Source: Octopus vulgaris
Lineage: Eukaryota
Assembly (NCBI GenBank): GCA_951406725.2
Contig: OX597832.1
Location: 992,001 to 1,056,000 of the forward strand
Length of the DNA stretch: 64,000 bases
Direction: 5' to 3'
Part shown: in pieces, positions 26,375 through 39,854 of the stretch
Layout: every line of letters begins with the position of its first letter
Position numbering within the stretch: the first letter of the stretch is position 1
The notes under the pieces: generated by a model
Told to the model about the DNA's origin: nothing
The model's database searches: none
The model's input: only the letters and a program-made list of their open reading frames with translations
Program-made: the position numbers and the translations under genes

Positions 26375-28118
26375 GCAGTTCACTGTGAGCTTCTGGTTTA
26401 TTGTCTGTTAGTTGAACTACTGTCTTTCTGTGAAATGCATGGTTTTGGCTGTCCTGCAGCGGTGGTGTGTGACGTCTACCCTCTTGTTTAATGGAAGAGC
26501 GTCGTGGCTGTGTTATGAATTGTGAAGGTTTGAGTTTTTCTTCTTCAGACTTTGTGAGGAAGAATTGGTGGAGTGTCTGAATGGAATTGACGATGATATG
26601 GAGACGGAGAATTATGCAGAGGCGGTGGAAGATAGAACCGAAGATGCAGGTTCAAGGAAATGATTAAATGGGAGGGGAATGAAGTGAAGTAGTTCCCCTC
26701 CCCAAAGAAGTTTAAAGAGAAAAAAATAAGAGGATGATTATTTACAGGACGTACGCGGTGGCAACGAGAAAAATTGAAGTAGTGTCAGCAGCTCAAGTTG
26801 AAAAGGCGCCGAGACCAGTCTGGCAAGAGATTTCCTAATTTGCCTGGGGATGAAAGTATAGAACGGTGGAGGTGCAGATTCGGGAGATAGCTACCGCCAG
26901 AATGCACTCAGCAACACTTTTAAAAACTGATGAAGTGGTGCTTCTATCTGTATACCTTAAAGAGGCGTGCTTCCAGTGTTAGGGTAGAAGAAATAGCCCC
27001 AGGAGTGCATGTAGCCTAGCTGGTGGCTGCCACACGGATATGAATGGAGAAGAGGGTTGTGGTCCTGCAGACCACCAGAACACTCCACAAGAACTGCAAG
27101 GGCAGAGACTAGACATGGTAGTACAGGTGGCCCCCGGAAGACATTGAAAATATGGTGGAGACCATCACAGTCGATGAAGTGGCAGTAAGAGTTAGAGTGG
27201 AAGGGTGGGTTCTGCAGTGCTATAATTGTGGCCTGAATGGCAACACTTGAGTGGATTGTCCTCTACCACCTGTGAAAGCTACGGAGAAGCACGAGAGCGA
27301 AAAAGTAATTGGTCCTCCACTACCTGAGGAGGATGAAGAGAAGCACGGGGAGGAGACTGAAAGTGCACCACAGACAAAAAACAGTACCAGCTTCGAATAA
27401 TAGGAGGTGAATACCGGCTAGGAAACGGCAAGAAAAAAAAAGAAGAAAGAGGAGACAGATGGCACACGTAGTAAATAACGTCTACCGTCCCAAAGCCACC
27501 CGGATCCCACCCATACCCACTCTACCCACAACCACTCCCTACAGACACCAACCGTCTCCATACCCCATCTGATATAAACACAAGCACAAACATACAGGAG
27601 CCACAAATTTCCCCACCTTGGCCCTTGGATAAATTTTTTATATTGTACAATAGACAAAAGGAAGAACTTTGTAATGAGACAGAGACATGGGACAGAGCTA
27701 AGTAACAGGAGTAGTGGGGTTGTCCAGGAACATTTATTGTGCGGTAGATGTAGCCAGGCTGCTGGCTGCGATACTGCTAGACCCAGAGTATCTTTTGAGA
27801 TTGAGGAATTACGAGGAAGAAATTCACTTTGATTGATGGGTAAGTTATTCACATATTTTACAGGAATTTAAACATAGACATTTTCCAAAATAAGTGGAAA
27901 TTAGTTGTTATGATGGTATTATCAATGTTATTATAAACTAGAGGTGTAAAAGAAAGTTTGTATTAACAGGTTCAATGAAGTTGCTCAGACGTGGGGCCGA
28001 TCGGCTTTATTTCATTTTCTATTATATTCAATTCATCCTTCTCATTCGTTTTGTTTTTTGTCCCCACTTTGTGCTGTGCCCTCAACGTACGGCTTCAATA
28101 GCGAATATCATAAAATAA
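26375..28118 (+). mobile_element. Second full-length ORF1-only unit (decayed)
   Basis: From GCAGTTCACTGTGAG (~26376) to AATAAAGCAGTTCACTGTG (~28114-28132); collinear with 23021-24751. Confidence 0.83.
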
Positions 28119-31100
28119 AGCAGTTCACTGTGACCGGTGTGTTGTTTGTTAGTTGAACTACTGTCTTTGTGTGAAACGCGTGCTTTGGGCTGTCCTGCAG
28201 CGGTGGTGTGCGACATCTACCCTCATGTTTAATGGGAGAGCTTCGTGTTATGAATTACGAAGATTTGAGTTCTTCTTCAGTCTTTGTATCATCAGAGGAA
28301 GAATTGGTGAAGTGTCTGAATAGAATTGACGAGGAAATAGAGACGAAGTGTTATGCAGAGGCAGCGAAGGAAAGAACCAAACAGATGAGTCTGAAGGAGT
28401 TGAGCAGTTTCAAGGAAGTAATTAAAAGGGAGAAGAACGAAGTGAAGGTATTCTCCCCCAAAGAAGTTTTAAAAGAAAAAACTGAGAGGTCGATTATTTA
28501 CAGGACGTACGCTGTGGCAAGGAGAAAAATTTAAGTTCTGTCAGAACAGAAGTTGAAAAGGCGCTGAAACCAGTCTTAGCAAGGGAAATCCTAACTTGCC
28601 AGGGAAAGAAAGTATAGAACGGTGAAGGTGCAGATTCGGGAGATAGCTACCGCTAGATTGCCATCAGCAACTCTGCTAAAAACTGATAAAGTGGTGCTTC
28701 TACCCGTATACCTTGGGAAGCATGTCTCCAGCTCTAGGGTGGAAGACATACCCCACAGAAGCAGATGTAGCTGGCTGGTGGCTGCCATACTGCTAGGCAT
28801 GGAGTAGAGGGCAGTGGTTCTGCGGACCACCAGAACACCGGCCATTGGATAAAATTGTTATATTGTACAATAAACAAAAGGAAGAACTTTGTAATGAGAT
28901 AGGACAGAGCAATTAAAGTGAATGGTTAGGATAGAGTTGGTATGGGTGAGAGCTGAGTGGGTGTGAGATGGGGATCGTCATTTCCAACATCTGCCATTTT
29001 TCTCATCTTTCTTTTTTCACCCCCGTCGTTTCCCAGTCGGTATTCAACTCCTATTCTTCGAAGCTGGTACTGGTTGGGGTAGAGTGGGTATGGGTAGGAG
29101 CCGAGCAGGTGTGTGATGGGTGTCGTCTTTTACCACATGTGCCGTGTTTCTCTTTCTTTTTTCTCGCCCTTTCCCAGCCGGTATTCACCTCCTCTTCTTC
29201 AACGTAGTGCTGGTTTTTGTCTGTGGTGTAGCTTCAATCTCCTTCTCTTCCTTCTCCTCAGCCTCTACGGGCAGTGGAGGACCAACTACTTTCTTGCTCT
29301 CGTGCCTCTCCTTAGACTTCACAGGTGGTGGGGGACAATCCGCTCTAATGTTGCCTTTCATGCCACATTTATAACACCACCGATTCCTCCCTTCCACTCT
29401 AACTCTTAGGGTCACTTCTCCGATCGTGGTGGTCTCCACCGTGTTTTCAATATCTTCCGGGTCCACCTGTAGTACCATGTCTAGGCTCTGCCCTTGCCAG
29501 TTCTTGTGGAGTGTTCTGGTGGCCTGCAGGACCACTACCTTCTATTCCATTCCTAGCAGTATGGTAGCCACCAGCCAGACTACTTCCACTTGTGGGTGCA
29601 TATCTTCCACCCTATCCCTGGAAGCACGTTTCCCAATGTATACGGGTAGAAGCACTACTTCGTCCGTTTTTAACGATGTTGCCGAGTGCAGTCTGGCAGT
29701 AGCTATCTCCCGAAATGGCACCTCCACCGATCCATACTTTCTTCCCCTGGTAAGGTAGGAAATCCCCTGCCAGACTGGTCTCAGTGCCTTTTCAGCTCGG
29801 GTTCTGACACTACTTCAATTTTTCTCGTTGCCACAGTGTATGTCCTGTAAATAATCGTCCTCTAATTTTTCCTTTTAAAACTTCTTTGGCAAGTAACACC
29901 TTCACATCATTCCCCTGCCTTTTAAGAATTTCCTTGAACCTGCCCAATTCTTCTAGGGTCACTTCTTCACTTTTCCCTTTTGCCGCTTCAGCATAATTTT
30001 TTCGTTTCCATTTCCTCGTCCAGTTTTGATAAACATTTTACCATCTCTTCCTCAAACAATATAAAGTCTGAAGAAGAACTTAAATCCTCGTAATTCATTA
30101 CATGACGTTCTTCCATTAACCAAGAGGGAAGACGTCGCACACCACCGCTGCAAGACAGGCAAAAACATGTGTTACACACAAAAATAGTAGTTCAATTAAG
30201 AAACAATAAACCGGAAGCTCACAGTGAAGTGCTTACCTCCAATTGCTCATAGTTCTTTGTTTTATAGCAATGAGTCAGTCCACTTTTGGACATATAGGGG
30301 TGATCAGAATCCTTCCACAACACCTACAGTATTCCCTCTCTTTGATGGCAATTTGTCATTCCTATGGCCTTCTGAATTCACTCCTGCTCACAACACATGA
30401 CACAATGGTCACCAAATTCCAATTCTGTTTAGCCAACCATCACACTACCCATGTATTCAATCACATCCATTTCCACCACCACATCGATGCTTTTCATACT
30501 GGTATGGTTTGGATGGGGTGTTATGATACATGTCCATGCTTATCTAGAATTACTTCCTTCTTTAGGTCAGTTGGGTAACTATGTTTTGCTTGTACATTCA
30601 AATTTTTATGGCTCTGCAGCCTAACATCAATGTACAGGGTGCATTTTACCATGCCACTTATACTAGAGAGGTTATTTCATCCTTATCAAGACTAAAGAGT
30701 CTCATGACCTATAGGTATTGAAAAAAGAGAGAATGATGACATAAAGGAGCAGAGGTTTTTGGATTGTGCGAGTGATAGAGGAGAGTGATAAAAGAATGGT
30801 TGTATGGGAGAGAAACAGTAATGGTGGGTATGTTTTTACTAGTTTGAGAGACAGATAAGCAGATCTAATGATGAATGTTGATATTGATGGGTGATGGCAA
30901 GAAAGTACAACAAAAGTCAACAATGAATGGCATGAGAAGAGGGAGTAATGGTTGGGAGCACAGAAAGAGTGATGGTGGGCATGTCAGATATGAACAGGTT
31001 TGAGGCTGGTAGACTGTAAAGAATGGTGGTAGATACACAAAGATTCAAGTTATAGAGGTAGCATGATGCAATGAACAGGAGAGAAGGTGACTTGGACTAA

Positions 31101-31350
31101 GTGAGTGTCAAATCAGGGGACCAGACAGATCTAGTAGTATCTCCATATACATGGGAAGCATGATACAATTAATAGGAGAGAGAGGGGGGTTAAATGGAGA
31201 GAACATGATAAAAAATGAATGATAGAGCTGAGTGAGACAGAAATGAGTGAGGCAGGGAACAGCAAGCAAATGTATTAGGTAAGAGACACACACAGATACA
31301 TATACACACATCCAGACACACATGCACAGACACATGTACACACACACATA

Positions 31351-32208
31351 CAGAGTGTTCAGGCTAAATTTTAATATTTTATGCCTCCTTTTTTCAGAAA
31401 CAGTTTGCTGTTCTGGTGACCAGCCAATGGTGTTGGACAGCATAAAGATTAAAGCTATAGTTGATAAAAAGTTAGCTGACATGGAGGATGGGAAGCCATC
31501 TGAATATTGGAAAAGACTTATCTGTATCATGATGATTCACAATGGGTATCAAAATACCAATATCATGACTTTTCGTTAATGCTCTGTGAATACTGAAAGG
31601 TGGTAAGATGTGATATGGACAGCTGCAATGGAGACTACAAAGCAATGGCCAACAAAAAGGGACACAACAGGCATTCTGACTGCATTCACATGCTAGAATT
31701 CATCCCCACATCTTTGAACAAGGCCTTAGGTTCAATTCAGATGGCTATGTGAAGCTGCTGGAGACTGTGGTCAATCCCTGGCTGGAGAGGGTTGCTGCTT
31801 GAAGACTAAGTATTTGGCAAGCAGGATTTGGTTCCTTGCCATACTTTTGGAAAGAATCAGAAGTGGTTTTAGAGAATTTCTGCGACTTCACCAGCTCCAC
31901 TTTCTGGCCTAATTCCCCCAATTGCAATCCCATGAATTACTATGTATGAAGCACAGTTGAGAAAGACACCAAATGCTCTCCCTATAACACCAAGATCTTC
32001 CAGGGACACAGTAAGGAACACATATCAGGTTCCTGACTCATCTTAAGGTAGTGGTGGAAGCTTAGGGTTGCTACTTTGGGCAAACTATTATCTCCTAGAC
32101 ATAATCTAGTTGAAATTTTTTTACTATTTAAAATATTTTATTTTTGGATGAGATATTGTGTTTTCATTTCCTTTTATGCAAATTGTCAAATTTAACCTGA
32201 ACACTGTG
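31351..32208 (+). mobile_element. Internally deleted Tc1/maT-like DNA transposon
   Basis: TIRs TA|CAGAGTGTTCAGGCTAAATTT and AAATTTAACCTGAACACTGTG; remnant WPNSPNCNPMNYYV (~31905-31950) resembles WPPxSPDLNPxDY. Confidence 0.82.
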
Positions 32209-32469
32209 TTTATGTGTGCCTTCCAACCTCCTTCAGTAGTACATTTTCAGCATTTGATTTGCCATTTTAGCACCATTGTATACGTTTTTATCAGTACCAT
32301 GAGTCATCAGTTATCAATGTAATTCGTTGGGGCTCAGCTTCCTGAGGTTACTCTTCACTATTTTATCCTATGTCTTCCACAGAGTCCATCTGCACCTTTT
32401 TATACAGTTTTCTCATTTGCACACTATATACAATTCCTTCTATGTTCAGTTTTTATCTCAGCCCATATA

Positions 32470-33711
32470 CAGGGTGTTTCAAAATTCAGGCAACCGAAGT
32501 TTCGGGCTTTAATAACTATCAATAAATGTGATAAGATATGAAAATTATACATCATTATAAAAGCTTTGTGTATCTTCTTTTTGATTCAGAATAAATAAAT
32601 TCATATTTATAAATTAGACAATGGCTATAGACTGAAATACAATCATAACCTTCCACAAAGGAGGCAAAGGTAATACAGCTCGAGCAAAAAAGTTTAAAAT
32701 TAACCGAACAACATTGTCAAAAAATTTCAAAAGACTGGTTCCGCCATTGAATGACCTGGACCTGGCCGAAAAAGTGTGCGAACCCCTCAGTTTATCAAAA
32801 GTATCAGGGAAAAGATACAGCAAAATCTTCATTGTTCTGTCAGAAAACTGGCTGCCACAGCAAAAATAAGCCGAACATTGATGTATCAAGTGTTGGAGGA
32901 GGATCTCAGGACCCACTCCTACAAGATGATCCACCATTATGAGCTCATACAAGTTTATAAGGCTATAAGATTGTAAAGAAGTTGACTTGTCCTGCGTCAG
33001 ATTGCTGAAGGCATGCTGCCCAAACTGATTAAAAGAAATATGACATCAAACAGACAGTAAACCACCAGAATGACTGACTTTAGAATGTATCTGGCTCCAT
33101 CAAGGGTAGACTCGTAAATCAATGTCAAAATCCACAGTCAGTTATGGTTTAAGCGGCTGTGACAGCTACTTGAAGGTCTTCCCTCATTTTTGTGCCCTCG
33201 AGTGTTAAAATTAATAACGATACTCTGGAAACTGAACAGCTTCCATGGGCAATTGAACACTTTCAAGGTGCACCTTGGAGCCTCCAACAGGACTTGGCAC
33301 TATTCCACAGCTCCAAACAGACACAACACTGGATTCAGAAAAAATTCTGTCATTCATAGGCAAGGCTATATAGCCCTCAAGTAGCCAATCTCAACCCATT
33401 ATACTTTTCTGTTTAGTCCATTTTGGAGACGAGAGTTTCGAGCACTTCTCATGCTTCACTTGACACTCTGAAGGCAAAACTGCACCTGGACTGGGCTTCA
33501 ATTCTGCAAGAACAGCTGCATGCCGCATGTGAAGCATTCACACCAAGACTTAAGGCTGTGATTCGAAACAGAGGTGGTCATATCGAATAAATGTAGTGTC
33601 ATAATTGTGTTTCCTTTACAATTGCATTGCAACACTCGGATCTGTAATATAGTAATGTTTTGTTTTGGCATAATTGAAAAAAGTTGCTTGTCTTAATTTT
33701 GGGACATCCTG
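32470..33711 (+). mobile_element. Tc1/maT-like DNA transposon, decayed
   Basis: TA|CAGGGTGTTTCAAAATT and AATTTTGGGACATCCTG|TA; HTH remnant RTPQFIKSIREKIQQNLHCSVRKLA (32776-32976); NLNPLYFSV remnant at ~33390. Confidence 0.85.
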
Positions 33712-33757
33712 TATAATTAGATGTATGAGAGGGTGTCCAAAAGTATAATTAGATGTA

Positions 33758-34920
33758 TGAGAGGGTGTCCAAAAGTAACTGGAAACATTCTCTGTGGGAC
33801 AAGCCCTTTGTAGTTCAGGCTTCTGCCATTAGAAGCCACTTGATGCGACCCTAAGGCATGAATCTGCTGACCAGCAGTAATGATTGAAGTAGAACTGTCA
33901 TGTGGAACGTCATAGTTTTGCAGTGCTTCTCAGCTGTTGATTGATTTTTGCGATAGCTGAAACAGGGGAGCAATGTGCTTCCATGAAATTCTGTTTTCTA
34001 TTAGGGAAAATGGCAACAGCAAAAAAATTGCCATGCATCAAACAGCTTACCAGGATGCTACCATGAACATTCGTTAACCTCCTGAATGAAAATTCATGAA
34101 CTGATCTTGGAGGATCGTTGTTGAACAATTATCGAACTTGTTGATATGACTCGTGTGTCCTGGAGCTTCTGCCAACAAATTGTGAGTGAGGAATTGCAAA
34201 TGAAAAGAGTTGCAGAAAAATTTGTGCCTCGCTTGCTCAAGGAAGATCAATAGGAGTCATGACTGAAAGCATGTCGTGAATTGAAAGAACAATTGGAAGT
34301 TATTCAAAGGTGGTGCTACAGCTACAACCTGGAAATGAAGCAGCAATCAAGTCAGTGGAAGCATTCAATGTCACCACACCCCAAAAAAGCACATCAAGTG
34401 AAGTCCAATGTCAAGACAATACTGATTTGTTTCATTGATAGGAAAGAAATTGTCCACACAGAAATTGTTCCTCCTGGTCAGACATTTTACATGGCAATTC
34501 TGAAGCATTTACAAGATGTGGCAAGAGGAAAACGTCCCAACCCGTGGTAAAGTGGAGAATGGTGGCTTCATCATAGCAATTGCCCTGTGCACACCGCCTT
34601 GAGTGTGAGATAGTTTTTGACCCCATTTACCCTCCTTCCCTATTCAACCGATCTTACTCCCTGTGACATTTTTGTTCCACCAAATGAAAAAAGTCCTTAA
34701 AGGAACACGTTTTGTAGATGTGGAAGTAGTGAAGAAAAAAACAATGGAGGCATTAAAAGGCATCACTTTGCAAGAGTTCCAGGACTACTTCGAACAGTGG
34801 AAAATGCATCTGGACCGATGCCTTGCCTCAAATGGAGAATATTTTGAAGGTGATAAAAAAGTAAAGATGTAAAAGTAAGTGAATATTACAAAATTCCAGT
34901 TTCTTTTGAGTATCCTCTTG
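33758..34920 (+). mobile_element. mariner-like transposon, decayed
   Basis: TIRs GAGAGGGTGTCCAAAAGTAACTGGAA / TTCCAGTTTCTTTTGAGTATCCTCTTG|TA; motifs KFVPRLL, KQQSSQWKH..SPHPKK, PYSTDLTPCDIF, GEYFEGD. Confidence 0.9.
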
Positions 34921-36124
34921 TATGCATTCACACACAGCTAACAATGAGATATATTCTCTCCATTCACAGATTAGTTATGGTTAATGCTCAAAAACAATGC
35001 TTTAATCTTATGAATATTTTCAGGTATTTTTACTACAATCCACATTGTTTTGATCAAAACTGAATGTACTAAGACTGAATATTGAATGTGATTGTAGAAG
35101 AACTCACTTATTTCACTGTGTATAGTTACATTAAAGTTGTAAATAAAAAGCAGGGCAGTTTATCATAACTTTTGACACCATGCAAACAGTAACAATAAAG
35201 TTTTGTATACAAAAGTACAAACAGATTGTAAGATCTGTTAAGGAAGTTTAAAAGCAAAAAAAAGTAAATGAGTGAAACTTTTACATAAATAAGCATAAGG
35301 CACAATTAGTACAATGGTTATACCAAATATAACTATACTGTGCACCACAAGAAAACAGTTATAATGCTAACAGCATTGTTGTTTTGTAGATGACAGGACT
35401 GACTTACTTCTTGTAGTATTCATAAACAATATACACCTTTTCATATTGGTATAAAGTATTTAAGATCAGGGAAATCTATACCAAGAAATCTTTACCAAGT
35501 CAAAAACAATATAAAACAATTCATTGCTTCTGAGTTGTGTTTTTGTTTGTTTTTTTTGTTTGTTTCTTTTTTCCTGATCTTTACTATTTCCTTTGGTAAA
35601 ACAGACCCACTCATATTGTTCTAAACATAAATGTTTCTTTTCAAGTGGTATTGCCTCACTTAAACCCTGTAATCAATCACTTTTAAATTGTAGTTGTTTT
35701 AATTCAACTAATTGAAAAAGAACACTGATATAACAGGTAACCATCACATAATGCCTGGAATTAAATATATATATTTAATATAACATGCAATCATCTACAA
35801 TCTAATCATCTATAATTTTCTCATTGGTGTACTATTCTCTTGGGTATAAGCTTTCCATAATGTGCCACTACTCAGAGATAGCATTAACTTCCATTCATAT
35901 CATTAGAGATGACAAAAGCTATTCTCTCATGTAGATAGAGCCATTAAACTTTAAACATATAGACAAAAGGGTCCACACAAAAAAAAATGTAATTTTTGTC
36001 AATGTTAGATGAGTTTACACTTAAACTAGAGGACTTATTTTGGATAAGTAATTTGATTACTATCTAAGCTATTTGATTACTATGAAAAGTAAAATCACAA
36101 GAGAATATGAACTGAAAAATAATA

Positions 36125-36529
36125 TTTACTCTTTACTCTTTTACTTGTTTCAGTCATTTGACTGTGGCCATGCTGGAGCATCGCCTTTAGTCGAGGAAAT
36201 CGACCCCCAGGACTTATTCTTTGAAAGCCTACTACTTATTCTATCGGTCTCTTTTGCCAAACCGCTAAGTTACGGGGACATAAACACACCAACATCGGTT
36301 GACAAGCGATGTTGGGGGGACAAACACAGACACACAAACATACACACATATATATATACATATATACGACGGGTTTCTTTCAGTTTCCGTCTACCAAATC
36401 CACTCACAAAGCTTTGGTTGGCCCGAGGCTATAGTAGAAGACACCTGCCCAAGGTGCCACGCAGCAGGACTGAACCCAGAACCATGTGGTTGGTAAGCAA
36501 GCTACTTACCACACAGCCACTCCTGCGCC
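36125..36529 (-). mobile_element. Full-length tRNA-derived SINE (octopus-type)
   Basis: Minus-strand head GGCGCAGGAGTGGCTGTGTGG (A box)...GGTTCAGTCC (B box), internal (TA)n(TG)n, and a short (AGAGTAA)-type tail. Confidence 0.88.
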
Positions 36530-36959
36530 TATAGAAAACTAATCATTAAAAAATAGTGTAAGATTTACTCAGTGGTGTCCTATTCTCTTGGGTATAAGTT
36601 TTCCATAGAGTGCCACTACTCAGAGACAGCATTAAAGAACAGCATTATTGCATGGAAACATAGCTACACCACCACTATGCTAAGACATGAGTGACAAAAC
36701 ACAACTTGGATCTGATAACAATAAATTTCATACCTAAATAGTGTGTTCTACTAATTTCAATTCCCAGTAAATGACATTAGGATGTGATGAAGCAATAGTC
36801 TTTTGAAGACTAAAAGCTTAAAAGTTTTCTGCTACTGTTGAGAACATGTTATGATGATCACTGGAGTATAAACTGGCCTGTTTACATTAATGATATATCA
36901 TAGCTAACAATATTGTGTTAGTAGTTTTTTAGCTATTTGAATTTACAGACTGTTAGAAA

Positions 36960-39125
36960 TCACTGCTGAAATGCTTAAAATATATGCCGGAGTGGGATAT
37001 AGCCTTGTCGCCCATATAGTTAATCAGATTGTCCATGAAGGAGTCATACCCAGTGAAGCAGCACTATAGTCAACTGTTTAGACAGAAATAATTACAGAGG
37101 TAACAAATTGCTGGACCAGGTGATGAAAGTTATAGAGAGGGTCATTTAGGAAGAGAGTTAGCCAAGATGGGATACAGCCACACACCCACTTCCCCTCACA
37201 TACACAGAAATAAACCTCTGCACATGGTTTTTGTTGACATAGAGAAAACCTTTGACAGGGTCCCCTGCTCCCTTATCTAGTGGTCAATACGGAAGCTAAG
37301 AATGGATGAGTGGTTGCTGAGAGCTGTACAGCCATGAACAGGGAAGGTAAAAGTTGGCAATGAGCATAGCAAGGAATTTAACATACAAGTAGTTCACCAA
37401 GGATCAGTTCTCAGCCCACTCTTGTTTATCATAGTCTTCCAGGCTATAACAGGAATTGAGAGTTTTATGCTGATCACCTCACTCTTACTGTTGAATCACT
37501 ACTAGAACAAGAGAAGAATTTTCAGGTGTGGAAGCAAGGTCTGGAATCAAAGAGTCTTAGATTTAATTTAACAAAGATCAAAATCCAAGCAAATAGGAAA
37601 ATACATAAAACACTAATCCCTTCAGGGATATGTAGAAAAGGTGTTGGTAGAAACTCCATATAGTGTGCCCAGTACAGGCTATGGACAGTATCACAGGAAG
37701 GTTAACAGAGAAAATAGTTTTTGTGTGTGGCAGGTGTGCAGATACAATGTACAGAAAATTGACTCCCTCAAATGACCAAGGGGATCTTTAGAAGTAGCAG
37801 GTAGTTTCCATTACCTAGGCGGCCAAGTTAGCAGTGGTGGAGGAAGCTCTGAAAGGTGGTTGGTAGAATAAGAAGAGGGTGGGTAAAGTTCAAAGAGCTA
37901 CTAACTTTGTTAGTAACAAAGTGCCTCTCTTGTAGAGTGAAAGGCAGATTGTGTGATGCCTGTGTATGAACAGCTATGCTACATGGTAGTGGAACATGAG
38001 CTGTAACTACAAAGGACATCCAAAGGCTTGAAAGAAATGAAGCCAGCATGCTCCACTGGATGGGAAATATCAATGTGCATATACAACAGATTGAAGATTT
38101 AAGAGAAAAACTGTGTATAAGAGACACTAAATGTAGTGTGCAAGAGAGGAGATTGTACTGGTATGAGCATGTGTTGTGTATGAATGAGGACAGCTACATA
38201 AAGAAGTGCCAATCTCTAATTGTGGAGGGAACTTGTGAAACGGGTAAACCCAGGAAAATGTAGGACGAAGTGGTAAGAAATGATTTTCAGATGTTGAGCC
38301 TCACAGAGGTGATGTCAAAGGACTAAGACTTCTGGTGATTTGCTGTGATTGGGAAGACACATCAAGCTAAGTAAAATCATAACCATTCAGACATATAGGC
38401 ATCTCCTTTACAGCCACATACCCACTTACCCTCACACACATATACTCACAATTCTATCCACTGGCAAAACTGCAGGCCCTTCCACTCTCCCTCACGTATC
38501 TATCCACGCACTCCCATACCTCCACACATCCACCATGACCACCTCCAGCCACTCCAGTTCCTCTCACCATCACTTACTATGTCCCCTCACACTCTTATGG
38601 AACATCTCTTCTCTCCCTACTGTTCTTTGTGGGTAGGTCCTCTTGGTCTCACTCTGACTTGTCTCTATCTTTCACTCTAACTCTCTCCTAGCTCCCTCTC
38701 CTTCCTTGTCCTACTGGGGTAGTCAAGCATCTCCTCTGTAGTAAGACTGCTATCCTTGTCCCTCTATCACACTTCAACTCTCACCTGGCAAACAACCACT
38801 TCTCTCAATTCCTCTCATTTTCTCTGCTGAGAGATCCTTGTTTTATGAGCTACTTGATGATCCCATGGGTGCTGGAACCACACAAAAAACACCTATACTG
38901 GTGTCACATAAAATGCACCCAGGCTGGTGCCATGTAAAAAGCGCCCATGCTAGCACCACATGAAAGACATCAGTGGTGGTGCTACATAAAAAGCACCCAG
39001 TACACTATTAAAGTGGTTGACATTAGGAAGGGTATCCAGTCAAAGAAATCATGTCAAAATGCCTTCCAGTTTGGTAGCTCTTGTGAAACTGCCATTAAAC
39101 GATGATGGTGGTGGTGGTGGTGATA
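36960..39125 (+). mobile_element. Old RTE LINE, 3' portion (RT to tail)
   Basis: Collinear with 43452-45574 and 57152-58295 (EMLKI, NNYRG.KLLDQVMKV, HQGSVLSPLLF, ERRLYWYEHV); ends TTAAACGATGATGGTGGT. Confidence 0.88.
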
Positions 39126-39854
39126 TAAAGTTGCTAATATAACATAATATTCACTTTAAAAGATTAAATTTAAACCATCCAGAAACCTAATATTGCATCT
39201 GTAATGTAATAAAAATAATTTCAAATGATGTAAAGTTTTGAAATATCTTAACATAAGTTAAAACAAAATCTGTTTGTACCTTAATTGTTGTCATTTGACT
39301 GTTGGACATATTTAGTTCACAATTTTGTTTTATTTTTCCTAATTCCCTAAAGAATTATGCCAGACATGTTTTTCCCAGAGTGAGACAAACATTCAAAATA
39401 TTTACATCAAACAGCAAAAACAATTCTTTTACAGTTTTGAATTTCATGAAATTAGCAATATTCAAGCAGTGTTTCCTCACTTTTTCAGTTCTGCTTGCAT
39501 ATTGTACATTTACCAACATTATTAACAGCAATAATATATTCCACCAATGATGGAACCTCTACAGAGTCACATGATTCTCTCAGAAAAAAATCACTGTGTA
39601 CTGAATTAAAAGTGGTAGGGAAGCATTGGACAATGTAGTCCTAGATATTTAAAATAGCGGGGTGGTCTACATAATCAAGCTTGACCAGATGCTAAAAAAG
39701 CAAACACTAGATTGAAGTAACATGAGGCCCTGCCTCTGCAGTGTCACTTCACTAGCTACAATTAGCAGCAAAAATCTCAATATAATCAAACTTTCAGTTG
39801 GCACCCAAAAAGAATGACATACTGGAAAAAGAAGTCTTGGAAACATTATGCCTG

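Larger units (their letters stand above)
22030..30235. mobile_element. Cluster of ORF1-only (HAL1-like) non-autonomous LINE derivatives, tandem and inverted
   Basis: Repeated ~1.73-kb unit encoding MNY(D/E)DLSSSS...VVLLPVY.G...WLVA.ILL.ME.RVVVLQAT...CY(K/N)CGMKG, homologous to ORF1 at 817-1257. No APE or RT sequence. Confidence 0.85.

Noticed and set aside
30240-31340. Host exon or defined TE
   Set aside because: No convincing motif; the purine-skewed sequence may be an old LINE 3'UTR but I cannot support a call.
34925-36120. 3'UTR of a host gene
   Set aside because: AT-rich with AATAAA-like words, but no linked exon or other evidence within the window.
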